A stretch of DNA of 62,366 nucleotides, counting the filler, from Basidiobolus ranarum (lineage: Eukaryota): assembly GCA_040143965.1 (NCBI GenBank). It is 12 parts of 12 records of this genome, joined end to end, with 100 filler letters (N's around TTAATTAATTAA, not from the genome) between each part and the next. Parts side by side here need not be neighbours in the genome. Positions count along the whole stretch, not along the records: positions 46,887 to 51,982 come from JASJQH010008592.1; positions 52,083 to 57,177 come from JASJQH010008593.1; positions 57,278 to 62,366 come from JASJQH010008594.1; 9 more parts are not named here. One strand, written 5' to 3'. The notes beneath the pieces are model-generated. The model saw nothing but the letters and a program-made list of their open reading frames with translations. It did no database searches and was not told the origin of the DNA. Position numbers and translations under genes: made by a program. Shown one piece after another: positions 47,810 to 60,536 of the stretch. Within the stretch, counting starts at the first letter, position 1; every line of letters starts with the position of its first letter.

Positions 47810-48516
47810 CAGATTGCGCGTGCTTATTCAAGTCTGTCGTTTTCACAAATACCCATCTCCAATTTATCCTGTTCAGCATTCTGCCTATGCTACGAGAATG
47901 TCCTACATCATAATTTATGGTCATAGTTTAATTCACTCCAAATTCTGCAAAGCGTGCATGGCACTCTCCTCGATCTGGTATGGTTAGCCAATGGCCACAT
48001 GTGACGGCAAACAGAGAGATCGATGGATAAAATTGTCACTTATATTGTGTTTCAGGTTAGCTTACCTAAGGCTGATCTTCATGAAAGATTAGATTCTTTC
48101 TTTTTTGACTGGCTTGCTTGCTAATATGGCGCTGATGTCCCAAAAGCTCCTTGATTATGAAACAGAGTCAATGTTTATATAGCCCAACTGTTACAGGGTA
48201 AAGCTATGCTAATGTAACGTCAAACCCTATGACTAGCATAATTTCGAAACTACATGACAGATTGCCGCCATTGGCTCGAGCGACGGCAAGCCACTCCTTG
48301 TAAACGGAATAGCTAGTGAGATGGCGGGGAAGTTCTTTCCAAAACAATGTTAGATAAATCATTCCAGCATGGCATCATTCCCAATCGCAAAGTTGCTGAC
48401 TGTGTACATCTCAAAGCGAGCTGTCGAAAACAAATTCCCGTAAATCTATATAAGCTAGCTTATTTCAAAAAGGGAGATTTATTCTAACCTTTCCTAACCA
48501 CTTGGCCTTTCCTTCA

Positions 48517-49994
48517 ATGCTGGACAAAAAAGATCAAGGTGTCCACGATGTGTCTACTCGCGACTCAAAAAACATTACCTTCACCCCTTATATCTGGCTT
48601 TGTGGCGTGACTGCTGCGTTAGCTTCATTTACTGCTGGTTATAATAGTGGTGCCCCAAATACTCCGGAATCTGTCATTAGAAATTGTAACTCGGTGAGCA
48701 GTGGCGGCCTTCCCCCCTGTATCTCCATGGGTTCAGGAACTTGGTAAAGTAGTAGCTATACAATCAAAAATGCTTTTGGTCAGCTCTTTATTCATACCAC
48801 TTCAATTACAGGGGTTTGGCTGTTGGTATTCTGGCAATAGGTGGACTAATTGGAGGCCTCTGCGCCGGAACCGCCGCTGATAAACTAGGCCGCCGACTAA
48901 CATTGTTGCTGAACAATTTTTTCTATATCATTGGAGCTGTCTTGGTAGCTACTGCAACGACAACAGCCCAATTTGTAATTGGACGTGTTATTATTGGTAT
49001 TGGTTGCGGTGTAGGCTCTGTAGTAGCCCCTATGTACGTAGCAGAGATAGCCACCGATGGAGCCCGTGGAGTACTTGGTACAATGTATCAGCTCTTTATG
49101 GTAATTGGTATATTGGTAGCTAATTGTATTGGTCTTGGACTGTCTAATATACCTGGATGGAGATATCTCTTCGGGATTGCCATAGTCCCACCCATCCTAC
49201 AGATCGCTTTATTGACTCTTTGTACGGAGACACCCAGTTATCTTCTATCCAAAAATAAAACTGATGAGGCTAGAATGGCATTGCAGAAGCTGCGAAAAGG
49301 ATGTAGCATTGACGCCGAATTTGACGAGTTGAACTCTGCGGTTCGTAGTGAAAATGAAAGTGACAATGAAAATCTCAATATCTTTCAGGTTATCAAAAAT
49401 TCTCACCTTCGTGGCTTATTCATTGTCGCTCTGATCATGCATGCCTATCAACAACTTTCTGGTATTAACAGTGTGATTTATTACTCTACCTCAATATTCA
49501 ACGACATATTCGGAGTTAGCAACTCCCAATATGTTACAGTTGGTGTAGCGGGGATCAACCTAGTTATGACTTTAGTGTCGGTGGCATTGATAGATCGTGC
49601 TGGAAGAAAGCCGTTACTGTACGCTAGTGGTATTGGCATGTGCATCTGTTCAGTATTGATCGTCATTTCTTCGGTGCTGCATATTGACATACTGATGGTT
49701 ATTGCTGTCATGTTATTCGTGGCGTCCTTTGCCGTTGGATTGGGACCTATTCCTTGGATGTTGGTCCCAGAGTTGGTACCCACGTACGCAGTCGCTGCCA
49801 CAAGTTCCACAGCAACCGCAGTAAATTGGTTATTCAATTTCGTCATTGGCCAAGTTTTCCCTCCTATGAAGGATGGTTTGAAAAACTATTCCTTTTTACC
49901 CTTTGCTGTGGTCTGTGTTTGTGGTACATTATTTGTCCTATTCTTTGTACCTGAAACTAAAGGACGTAAACCAGGTGATATTAAGGAACGCTAA
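48517..49994 (+). CDS. MFS sugar porter (GLUT/SLC2A-like), two exons
   Basis: Intron 48744-48811; DKLGRR, PMYVAEIA, RGVLGT, QQLSGINSVIYYST, DRAGRK, GLGPIPW and VPETKGR motifs. Confidence 0.95.
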
Positions 49995-50130
49995 ATATTG
50001 CTAATTATTCTTCACTTTGATTCTTTAGCTTGCATGATAAAAATCTAATTTTCTCTTTCACATACCTTAGAACCCAATTGTTTCAAATTACTTCTATAAT
50101 AAACTTTCATTGTAATAAATAAATACACGG

Positions 50131-50192
50131 ACGTCCCTCCTTCGATTGATCACAACTTGCAACGTCCCTCCTTCGATTGATCACAACTTGCA
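50131..50192 (+). repeat. 31-bp perfect tandem duplication
   Basis: ACGTCCCTCCTTCGATTGATCACAACTTGCA twice. Confidence 0.9.
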
Positions 50193-50514
50193 TACTGATT
50201 CTAAGCAATTTCTCTTTAACTCAGCTGTTTGTTTATTGAATAGCTTTTATCCATATTAATGAACTACATCTGAGTAATTGGACGACCTTATCCATCGGTT
50301 TCAGGTACAATGATCTTCATTTTACTGTGACGCCATAAAGGCAATTTGATTCATAAATAGTGTTGATGTGTCTTGAATTTCTCTCACCTTGGACTGGATA
50401 ATTTTATTAATGCAAAGGATTTGCACATTTCATAGGCGGGCAACTCTATCTCCATATTCTGATTATCCTACGTTACCCAACACCTCTCCACTATAAAAGC
50501 CACTAATAATCAAA

Positions 50515-51716
50515 CTGTGAAACCACCAATTTCTCTAATTCTCCAAACCACTTCCAACAGGTTCCCAAAATACTATAACAGGCTATGAGCCCCAAGCCTG
50601 TACTCTCTGTAATGTCTACTTCCCAAATATCTGGAACTTTTCCTCTTGAGGAAAACTGAATCAAACAAATTACCAAGTTTGAAAAACTATAATGAAATGA
50701 TGCTGTAAGAAAAAGGACTTTGGGACACTGGTGTAGGAGAGCAAAGCAATGCAAAGTTATCTGAAATCAAAGTTTTACTCAAGGTTAAAAAAACAAAGTG
50801 TTTTAAAACAATATATTTCAATGCTAAGGACATACTGATAGTTCAACATTCAAGAGCCAAAACTGCCAAGAAGGTATGGAAAGCCTTGGAAGACACCAAT
50901 CAAACATGTTCTGCTGTCAACAAGATGTTTCTAAGAAGACAATCCTTTAACTTAAAGATGAAGCCAGGAGAAGACATTGATTCACTAATTAACAGAGTCA
51001 CTATTCTGATGGATGACATGGAATGTATTGGAGTACCTACTACTGATAAGGATATCATAGTTACAGTCTTGAATAGCCTGCCACACAAGTTTCAGAGCCT
51101 AGTAATGGCTCTAGAATCAAGAACTGAGAATTTGATCTTAAATTATGTATTTGGCAGACTCCTGGGTGAAGATTTATGCAAACTAGGTTCCAACCAAAAG
51201 AAAGAAAAAATGCTTTAATACATCATGAGAAATCTGCCTGTAAAGGTCAAAAGCACTTTAAGAAGAAAAGTTACATATTCTATGATTACTGTAAAAGAAC
51301 CAGCTATATAAGCAAAGATTGCATTGAACAAATTGCAAAAGAAGAAAAACAGACCTAATTGGGAAATGTGCTTACTTTTAAAGTATTTGGGAGCCTGTTG
51401 GAAGTGGTTTGGAGAATTAGGGAATTGGTGGTTATCACTTATTGATCTATTGAGTAGAAAGTTGACATTTATAGTTTTGTCAAGATGTAAACAAACTAAC
51501 ATGTAGAATGTGTTAAGGAAGGTCCCAGAAACATGTGTGCAAAGTTTGGGGCTTCTAGCACAAGTTTGAAAAATATATAACACTTACAACAGAAGATCCT
51601 TTGTTCATATCTGCTCTATCTATAACTACCAACAAGGATTCTCAGATGTGATATATTGATTCTGGAGCCTCCCTACATTTCACAAAAAGAAATACATTGT
51701 TTTACAGATTACAAAG
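50515..51716 (+). mobile_element. Copia family A: LTR end, PBS (50581-50592), decayed gag (ATG 50612) to protease, with an inverted family A LTR fragment nested at ~51378-51580
   Basis: ...TATAACA GGCTATGAGCCC; VLNSLPHKFQSLVMALESR; YIDSGAS; collinear with 10433-11300. Confidence 0.88.
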
Positions 51717-51982
51717 TGTTGGAGGATCTTGACATAATGGGGGTAGACTTTGAGTATTAGAAGCAACTTATGATAGTGTGTTTTAGTTAGTTTATTCTTG
51801 AGAGTATATGGAGACTTATATAGTAGAAAAGTAAATCATTTGTTTGCGATATTCAGGAGTTTGTGTAGTATGATATAATAGATAAGTGGGGGTAATAAGA
51901 CATACTTGTTATATAGATATAGAGATATTCCTATTTAGAATATAGGGGCTATAGATATGTTGCTTTCTGTTTCTGATATATG
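51717..51982 (+). repeat. LTR family C, 5' part (TGTTGG...), inserted in copia protease region
   Basis: Starts TGTTGGAGGATCTTGACAT; homologous to the reverse complement of 53190-53445. Confidence 0.7.
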
Positions 51983-52315
51983 NNNNNNNNNNNNNNNNNN
52001 NNNNNNNNNNNNNNNNNNNNNNNNNNTTAATTAATTAANNNNNNNNNNNNNNNNNNNNNNNNNNNNNNNNNNNNNNNNNNNNGTGAGAATTAGCAATTCC
52101 ATATTGGAAATTTCAAACTTGTCCAAATTGCCCCAAATATAGCTCATTTTACTCCCACAGATGTTCTGAACACAACCCCAGTGTTAGTTTTCTATATTTC
52201 CACCAAAATGTATAAATGCTCTATTTCTGGACAATAAATAATTATCTCACAAAGCTATTCAAAACTCCACTTTTCTAAAGTTCCTCCAAGCAGCCCATAT
52301 TTTCCCAATAAGGAT

Positions 52316-52853
52316 GATCAGGTGACCTTCCATGGAAGCTCTTGGCAGAAATATACTATTTGTGGGATGATATGTTTGGCAAAGTTTCAAGGAATATTGA
52401 AAAGAACATGACTTCCATATAAGGTAACCTGGATGGACTAGCTCAAGATTACCAAGAAATAATGGCATAACAGATATGATGTCATAATCTAATAATAGAA
52501 GAATTCCATCTGCAGTGGATAAGTATTCCAGGATCAGACTTATGACAGTTTTGGGCTGAATTGGTTTCAACCACAGTATATATATAAGGCCAAGATGTCC
52601 TTCTGCATCTTTATTAGATATTACACCTTAGCAAGCTTGCTTTGGTAGTAAACTGGGTGTGGGTAATCAAAGAGTTTTTGAGAGTATTGCATACATAATG
52701 ATTCCAGAACAGAAGAGGTCAAAATTAGACCAGAAAACCAAGAAAAATCTTTTTATGAGATATTATGATGGAACAAAAGGGTACTTGCTATATGACACTG
52801 AAAATATGAGCCACAGCAAGTTAAGGGATGTGGCTATTGCCAAAGAAGAATGA
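52316..52853. mobile_element. LTR family B fragment (52316-52547, minus) followed by copia integrase/SH3 remnant (plus)
   Basis: TATGACA boundary; RVFESIAYIMIPEQKRSKLDQKTKKNLFMRYYDGTKGYLLYD. Confidence 0.7.
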
Positions 52854-53130
52854 TTATCAATCAAAGCAATCCAGGATCAGGAAAACACACAAAAGTTGTT
52901 GAAATTCTACTTTTTCTCACCAGCTCTTGATTTGTGAGAAAAATTTTGAAAATTCTTAAAGACATCATTTATTTGAGAAAGTTTAAGACAAGGAACTGAA
53001 CTTTATTTATACTGCAAACATGCTTGCAGATATACTAGCAAAAGCATTCAAAACTTCAAGTTTTGAAAGGTTAAGGGCAGGCATAGGCACTGGTGAATAT
53101 ACACACAATGCTGAATAAGAAATAAAGGAA

Positions 53131-53445
53131 TGTATTGGATAATTATTTTTATTTAACATCTTAGTTATCTTTAGTTGTTATAAGTATATCAGAAGTAGGA
53201 AGCAACATACTTCTAGCCCCTATATTCTAAATAGGAATATCTCTATATCTATATAATCAGTATGTCTTATTACCCCTGCTTATCTAATATATCTTATTAC
53301 ACAAACTCTTGAATATCTTAAACAATTCATTTACTTCTCTACTATATAAGTCAGCATATCCTCTTAAGAATAAAGCAACTAAAACATTATCACAAGATGC
53401 CTGTAATATGCAAAGTCTATCCCTACTATGTCAAGATCCTGTACA
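53131..53445 (-). repeat. LTR family C, near full length
   Basis: Minus strand TGTACAGGATCTTGACAT...AATAAAAATAATTATCCAATACA. Confidence 0.65.
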
Positions 53446-53475
53446 AATTTGCTACAAACAAACAAGACTGGATAT

Positions 53476-53785
53476 TATTAAGGTGCTTTGGGAGTTTGTT
53501 GGAAGTGATTGGAGAACTAGAAGAATTGGTGGTTGTCACTAAGCTGTTGATTATGTATGAACTGGATATTTATAGTTTTGTCAAGATATAAACAAACAAA
53601 CATGTAGAACATGCTAAGAAAGGTCCTAGGAATATATGTGCAGAGTCTGGGGCTTCTTTGAAAAATCTATATAAGAGAACTTCTAAGTAAATTTCTCTTG
53701 AGGTGAGATCTTAGTTCAATATGCGATAAGTAAATACTAAGCTATATATGACTATATAGGTGTTTAGGCTGTGCTTATTTCAACA
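53476..53785 (-). repeat. Solo LTR, family A, with 5-bp TSD GATAT
   Basis: GATAT at 53471-53475 and 53786-53790 flanks a family A copy ending TTTCAACA. Confidence 0.8.
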
Positions 53786-54709
53786 GATATATGTTAGAAG
53801 ATGCAAAATACTACGTGATCTTTATAGTCTTGGCATTTCTGAAATTCTACTTGGGGTTAGGCTAACCCTAAGATCCAGTAGACAATAGCTGGATGGAAGT
53901 ATATATGGTTTCAAGTAATACAATGCTCATAAATATCCTAAGCACTTAGAACAACATCACTTAATAAATGAGCCACCGATTTTGATCAACTTATTAGTTA
54001 TAGCTGAGATTCAATGGCAGTGTAAATAGATCACAATAACAGTAGTATTTAAGAATTGCTCTAAACTAACGCCATCTACTTGTATATGGGATATATAAAC
54101 TAACATGCACACTTAGCAGGAAACTTGAACTGGGGGCTAAGTTCCCTCGTATTGTACAACGCTATCACTTCATATCACTAGTTCTCTGGCCATTTAACCA
54201 TGTTAGTGCACCATGGTACCCCAGAGGTAAAGTCACAACAACGCAGCTAGCAGACAGAATCAATACAAATCAACATACATAACCAAACAAACATAGCCGG
54301 CTACAACCATATTCCAACTAATCCTTATATGGCTACGATTCCAATATGTTTAGCAAGAACTCAAATGAGATGAAAGTTCCCAACCCAATTGGCTCATTCG
54401 AAAGAAGATACAATTTATACAGTTAAATGACAAGAAATATGACCATCAAATCCATTGAAAATCAACCCATAAGATAATCATATAGAGTGGTGAGAAGGGT
54501 ACTAACTAGCGCAGAAGAAAACTTAATGTGCGGAGGGGGTTGGGAGATGGACGATGGGTGTGATATGTTCTAAATGGTTGCAAAAGTCGAGGATGGATTA
54601 GGTATAGGGCATTTGTATCTCATCTTACATTATAGCGATATTATATAAACCAAGAATCATAGATTTCGATGTATTGATTCGAGAACAATGATCGTGAATC
54701 AGATATGCT

Positions 54710-55919
54710 CTAGAATAGATTCAAGGTTCCACTAAACTCATTGAACATCATTCCCTTACGCTGTTGCTGGGCGGATTGGTAAAGTGGAGGGAGAGTATGT
54801 GCTGCAGAAGGCAAGGAAGATGCAGTATATCCATACATTGGCCGAGACGCATAGAGCTGAGGAGCTATGTTTGCCTGACTGATGTTTGATACTGGTAAGC
54901 TTGAAGCAGGATAAGACTGACTTTGAATAGAAGGATCGTGTGAGTGACGAGAGGCGTGATTGGAAGATTGATAAACTTGGGATGGATTGTGTGTTTGGCT
55001 TTGCTGATAAGATATAGGTTGTGGTGTGTGTAGTGGCCGAGAGTGTAGTACAGAATGTTGAGCGTTTGCGAGTTGGCCCTGATGCGAGGGTTGCGAAACT
55101 ATGTAGCTCCCAACAGCCTCGCCTGAAGGCGTACCGTTGCCAATTTGATATGCAGAAATTGATTCTCTATGTTCGGATGACCTATAGTGTGAACTTTCAT
55201 GGCTAGGTCTTGTTGGAGGGTGAGCAGGATAATTAGGTTGGTCGTGTAATAGCTGAGCGTAGGGTCTCATGGGATACCCAACTCGCTCCTCGCTGGGCTG
55301 GGTACGACCATCAGTCTTGCACCGCTCTAGATCAGCAGTTAATCGTCTATTTTCAGCTTGGACTTCCTATGGTTTGAGTAAAGTTAACAAACCTAGTAGA
55401 GAAAATATGTTGTTCTGATTGTAGAATAGAAACCTTGATGTAATCGGCGGCAAGACGGAGTATACTTCCTTTATTCAATTTGGTGCTCGTTGTCGTCTCG
55501 TGAGGTATGAGTTGAGAGATTTCAAAAATAGTGTGGTTGATATTATCACGACGTTTACGTTCTACGTAGTTATGATTCTCCCTACGTCTCTTCAAGCGCT
55601 CCATAACTGTCTTACTGTCTAAACTCTTTCTATTTAGGATATTAACTCCGTTGACTTTGTAAGTAGTGGCCTTTTTAGGTTTGGGTTTTTTGGTTGTATT
55701 CTGAGGGTTGAGGTCAGCGTTGAAGTTAAGGAACAGTGAACGGTCAGGTTTCTTGTCCCCGGAGGAATCCTCTAGCTCATCTTTGATGTCCTCCTCCAAT
55801 TCATCGTCAAGGAAGTCGTCCTCATCCTCGTCGTCGAAAGGGGAATTGAGACGAGAGACTGGAGCTGAGGGAGAATAATAAGAGTCTGCCTGTTCTTCGC
55901 AAGTGTTAAGTGGAGGCAT
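54710..55919 (-). CDS. bHLH-ZIP transcription factor, two exons
   Basis: RRENHNYVERKRRDNINHTIFEISQLIP...KLNKGSILRLAADYIK / EVQAENRRL; an intron of roughly 55433-55368 joins the two listed ORFs; Q/S/H/P-rich tail. Confidence 0.88.
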
Positions 55920-57277
55920 TACAAGCAAAGGAAAACGAATCGATTGCACAAATTATCTGAGAAGACAGGAGGGACCGTCTTTAGCAAATGAAGCGGCAAA
56001 AAACGAATAATTGAATATGTGAAAATGGAAGTTAACCAGCTAGATATTTGGAACTCTACAAGTTTTAAAGGAGGCAGGTGTTTCAATGGTAAGAACCAAT
56101 GATCAAGATGCTTCTATATGGTAATTCTTTTTTTTGTCGTGAGTGGAGAAAGCGAACGTCAAACGAGCAAATCATTGGCTAGAGCTGATGAGCGTGGATT
56201 ATCACTTAATTTAACTTCTACTGAATGCAAACTACACCGTCTCATTGCACATTCCATATTTGGAATAATGACCCGTGAAGTGCAACCCGTGCTAATATTC
56301 TGTCAAGTGCTCTCACAATCACATGAATAATTTCCAGAATGCACACCATTGGGTAGAGTCCAAGCTTATTAAAGGATCCAAATGACCCTTAACTACGGAA
56401 GCCAAGTGCCAGAACATAACACCTTATGATGTGAGTTAAAGAGTTATGATATAAGCAACTTGAGAAAAGTCAGGCCTTGAGGCTCACTTTGCAGAAGCCG
56501 CAAGTAAACATCAAAGAGGATTGTAGTCGTCATCTTCCCAATCATAGTGCTATTCGAAACCTGAATAGAACGAAACTTTCTTTCCCGGTTAGTATCCATG
56601 TAACACATGAACAACCTTGACACATGCGAGGGCGACTAGCAATAGCACCTTGAAAGTAATAGATGAACAGAGCCATCGTACCTCATTAGAGCGGCAAGTA
56701 AATATTCAGAACAGCCACTAATGTTCACAGATGATGTGTAACGTTTCATCGCATAGAAATCTATTCTTGTAGGATTTTTGGAATCAAGCGAGAATTCTGG
56801 GAATCCACTTTAATCTCGAGCGTCTCAACGGACCGACCCCAAGCCCATCTCGCAACCCCGACACCGAACACATCAGTGGTTGCACATGAAGCTTGCTTTG
56901 GATCCACGTTAGCTCAATAAGCGAGATATGAGGAATGGAAATGACCAAAGCAGCATTGAATATGGAAGACAGTAGACATCGAAGCAGTATCGAATAAGGT
57001 GGGCATACCGGTGCTGGTGTCTATCAGCCAGTAATACTAGTAGAGACCATTCGAAGGCATATCCTAGTAAGAGCAGTACGACAGACAGGCCTAGGGTGCA
57101 TTGATTTAAGTTTGCTGCAATTGACAGCGATTCCAAATACGTCTAAAGTGATATTGAATTCCTCATTCTCCCCAAAGNNNNNNNNNNNNNNNNNNNNNNN
57201 NNNNNNNNNNNNNNNNNNNNNTTAATTAATTAANNNNNNNNNNNNNNNNNNNNNNNNNNNNNNNNNNNNNNNNNNNN

Positions 57278-57950
57278 TTTGGAAGTTGATGGTCTTGATG
57301 GTGTTTTGGTTGAACTTTGCTCAACTATTGATTTACTATGTAATTGGGGGATTACAATCTCTTCACTTGCACTATTGCTGGAAAGGAATACATCTGGTAA
57401 GATGATCAATGCTTCATCATTACTTGAGTTAGTTTCCAGCATGTCAACGCCTTCCAAAGTGAATAGTGGATTGCTAAGTCCTCTGTTCTTGCTGCTTTTT
57501 TTCCTTTTGTGCCAGCAGGCTTTGGTGTGAAAGCCAATTTTGATATAGATTTTGAATGCTTTTTAAATGGCATTGAAATTTACAAATGGTAAACTTGGTG
57601 GAATAGAATTGCTTAGAAACAGCTTATAATAAACCAAAACTGCCATCCATTACCAGAAATATCTTGTAAATCACCTGATGACTCATCTGTGACACCATCT
57701 CAGAAACAGCTGATGAAAATGATGGGCTTTACCTAAAATACCACCCTTACATAGGAGTTGTTCATTTTCCACAATTTCCTTCTCATGCCACACTCAAACA
57801 TTTAAAGAAGCCTTGCTATGATTGTCACAAATTCTTGTGCCATGAATGTCATGATTCTGATCACAGCATACTGATCCACTACAAATAGAACTTCTCTATT
57901 ATTAGATTATGACATCATATCTGCTGTGCCATCCCTTCTTGGCAATCTGG
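57278..57950. mobile_element. CACTA-associated internal fragment (57278-57846) plus LTR family B start (57847-~57950)
   Basis: Collinear with 25020-25605, then TGTCATGATTCTGATC. Confidence 0.65.
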
Positions 57951-57954
57951 TGAT

Positions 57955-58209
57955 CTCGTCACGGCTGCCTCAGTAAAATTAGATAAGAGCACCTTGGTTC
58001 AACAACTCAAAGAGAAATTGACCTCAGAACAGGTTGAAATTGTTGAGAACAAAGCGCAAATACTACGTAGCTCTTTAGAGAAGACGAATACTAACCGCAA
58101 CAAAATAACCAGACAACAGATTCAGGATCGTGTAGATGAATACATAATTACGCTAATGAAGGATGTGCTACAAGAAGAACCGGACGAAGTCGAAGATATA
58201 TTTGCTTAG
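57955..58209 (+). pseudogene. 3' fragment of an unidentified protein-coding gene abutting an LTR
   Basis: CpG-normal helical frame ...LVQQLKEKLTSEQVEIVENKAQILR...EEPDEVEDIFA* with no start codon or evident upstream exon. Confidence 0.4.
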
Positions 58210-58742
58210 ACGCGTCACAAACACTCATTCGTCCTGTCCTATAGAGATTTTTTACCTCTGCGCTAATCGATAATAAATTTAGAAATCGTAGCCTATGGGC
58301 GCTTTGTTATAAATTTTGTATACAGTGTATTAAAGACTTTAGACTGTTCCTTGATTCTTACCCTCGAGTTAGGGAATGATCGCTTGGTACTTCAGATCAT
58401 CAACATGTTACCGATTTCAAGAAAGAGTCTACTAGTGTATCTCTATTTGCATATCTATAACGTAGTCTATTGTTTGGTAAGCTGAACAATGTCATCTTGC
58501 TCATCTATCAAGAACCTTGCAGTCAGTTAGTACTCCAGATGTACATGTAATCTTGGAATCATCGACCATGGGTATTGATATCCTGAAAATCATAACAAAC
58601 AACTGCTCACTTTCTCATTGTAGTGCAGTGATTACATAAGGGCTAATGGATATACATATATATATATGTACTGAATGATATTTGCATCCGAAACAATAGA
58701 TACTTTATTTACACATTTCCAACATAGCTGACTGCTCTTCGT

Positions 58743-60536
58743 TTACTGCCAGAAGAGTGCTGTAACTAGTTCGCGAAGCTTACGTACATCGTAAGAATAG
58801 CTCTAAAATTGATTGTTTAAAAGATTAAATAAAACCAAATCGTTAAAAAGAGCACACAGTTCTTTACCTCCATAGTATGAATAAAAGTAAGAAGCAACTG
58901 CTTGAGTTGGCCAATTGCTTCGGGCTCCTCGCAATTTTGGACACTTTGAACCATAACAGTAACGATCTTGTTCGTAACCATTTCCCATAGACTGTCGATC
59001 TAAAGCAGAATGGATATTAGATACGATGGTGGCAATAAACAGTGCTGAAAGTAATAATTACTTCAGAGTTTGAGCGGAAATTCTGAGTCGAAGTAAGGAC
59101 CACATGCTCAATGATGAAAAACCCGGTGATGTCATACATGAATGTTTGAATGTTGTTGATACTACCTCCCTTTACTGAAAAGGAGTTTGTAAGCGCAAGA
59201 TTGGCTTGTGCCTAAGTTGCAAAACGCCATTTGAGTTCCATGTGATTAGCACACACTCCTACTTGAAAGTGTCTTACCTTACGATCTTCATGATAATTGT
59301 GTTTGAATTCTTCCTTCTTCCCCAGTTTTTCGTAGATATGAATGCATTGATATAGTGGCTTGAAATCGATTTTAATCGTATCGTTGTCGATGGCGTTGGC
59401 TATTTGAAGAATACGATTAGTATATATAGAAGAGCACGATAACTTCTCTATATATGCTCACAGTCGGCGTTATCTTCATCCAAAACAAGTTCAATAACAG
59501 GACTTGGATTGTCGGAGCCCAATGAGGCAGCCTGAACCTTCTCACTCCATTGTTTCTCACGATTGTTGATCTCAGTCATCGCGTATTTGCCCGCTTCTCT
59601 AGAATTTTCGCGAAGACTACCTCGAAAATGATTAAAAAACAACACCCCATGTTACCACGAAAATTGAAAATACCCCACTTGAATAACCATTCTTTCATCT
59701 CGGTAGTAACCGCATCCTTGATTTTATTTTGGATAACCGGCGTACATTCAGCTACATATTAGATAAAGTGTCAGACGAGTCTTGAGAGTGGGTTCACGAT
59801 TTGAAGAATATACTAACCGATATATTTAGCGAAGTCATAATGGCTAACTTCCTGCAAGTGTACATTTTGTAGTTCCTCAAGAGTCTATACGAATTCAGTG
59901 AGAATATAATTCGAGAAAACAGCCAAGTGTTAATACTGAAAATCACTTACTCTCAGAGCAGGATAGTACTTATGCTCATCAATTTGAACGTTAACTCTAT
60001 TAGCCAGATTTAATATATGAAGGCAGGTTTGGAGAGTCTCAATTGCGGTGTCGATGTTTTGTAACACTTTACGTGATTCAATAAGTTCCTTTTTCTAAAG
60101 AAAATATTCAATATTTGACTCTGTTATCATCAAGTAAGGTGGCAAATACCTGCTCTATGATGCTACTGCCAGCTTGTTGTAGCTCATCATTAAAACCAAC
60201 GATTTTGTTTTTTAAGCTTACAGTTCCTTGACGCACTTTCAAAAGTTGGTCCACAGATTGAACGAATTCCTATAGAATCAACTGTTTAGTTAACCAAAAG
60301 AAGTGTAGTCGATAGAGAAGCAAACAAACTACCTGGTAGTGAGAATTGCACATCTGCTCAATCTCCTTTTCCTTTTTTTGAATGAAAGTGGTTAATTGTT
60401 CTAAGAAGGCCTCTTGTTTCCCAGTACGATAAATGGTTTGGATGGTTGGGCCTAGCTGGTCCAGGTTTTCAACCTCAGTAGCTCCCTCGGAAAGAAGGTT
60501 TATCTGTTGTAAAGGAAGTCGCTCATTCTCGGTCAT
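58743..60536 (-). CDS. SEC15: Exocyst subunit Sec15, ten exons, ~410 aa, apparently missing the C-terminal half
   Basis: ENLDQLGPTI...EIEQMCNSHYQ/EFVQSVDQLLKVR, KYYPALR/TLEELQNVHL, MKEWLF, IDFKPLYQCIHIY and ITGFFIIE; last exon SYSYDVRKLRELVTALFWQ*. Confidence 0.88.

Noticed and set aside
50131-50192. 31-bp direct repeats as a mini CRISPR array
   Set aside because: Two adjacent units with no spacer, no cas genes and a eukaryotic context.
5161-57233. Regularly spaced TTAATTAATTAA palindromes as a biological repeat or CRISPR-like array
   Set aside because: Always centred in N-runs of fixed length; a synthetic six-frame stop linker. ORFs ending in XXX or LIN are artefacts of it.
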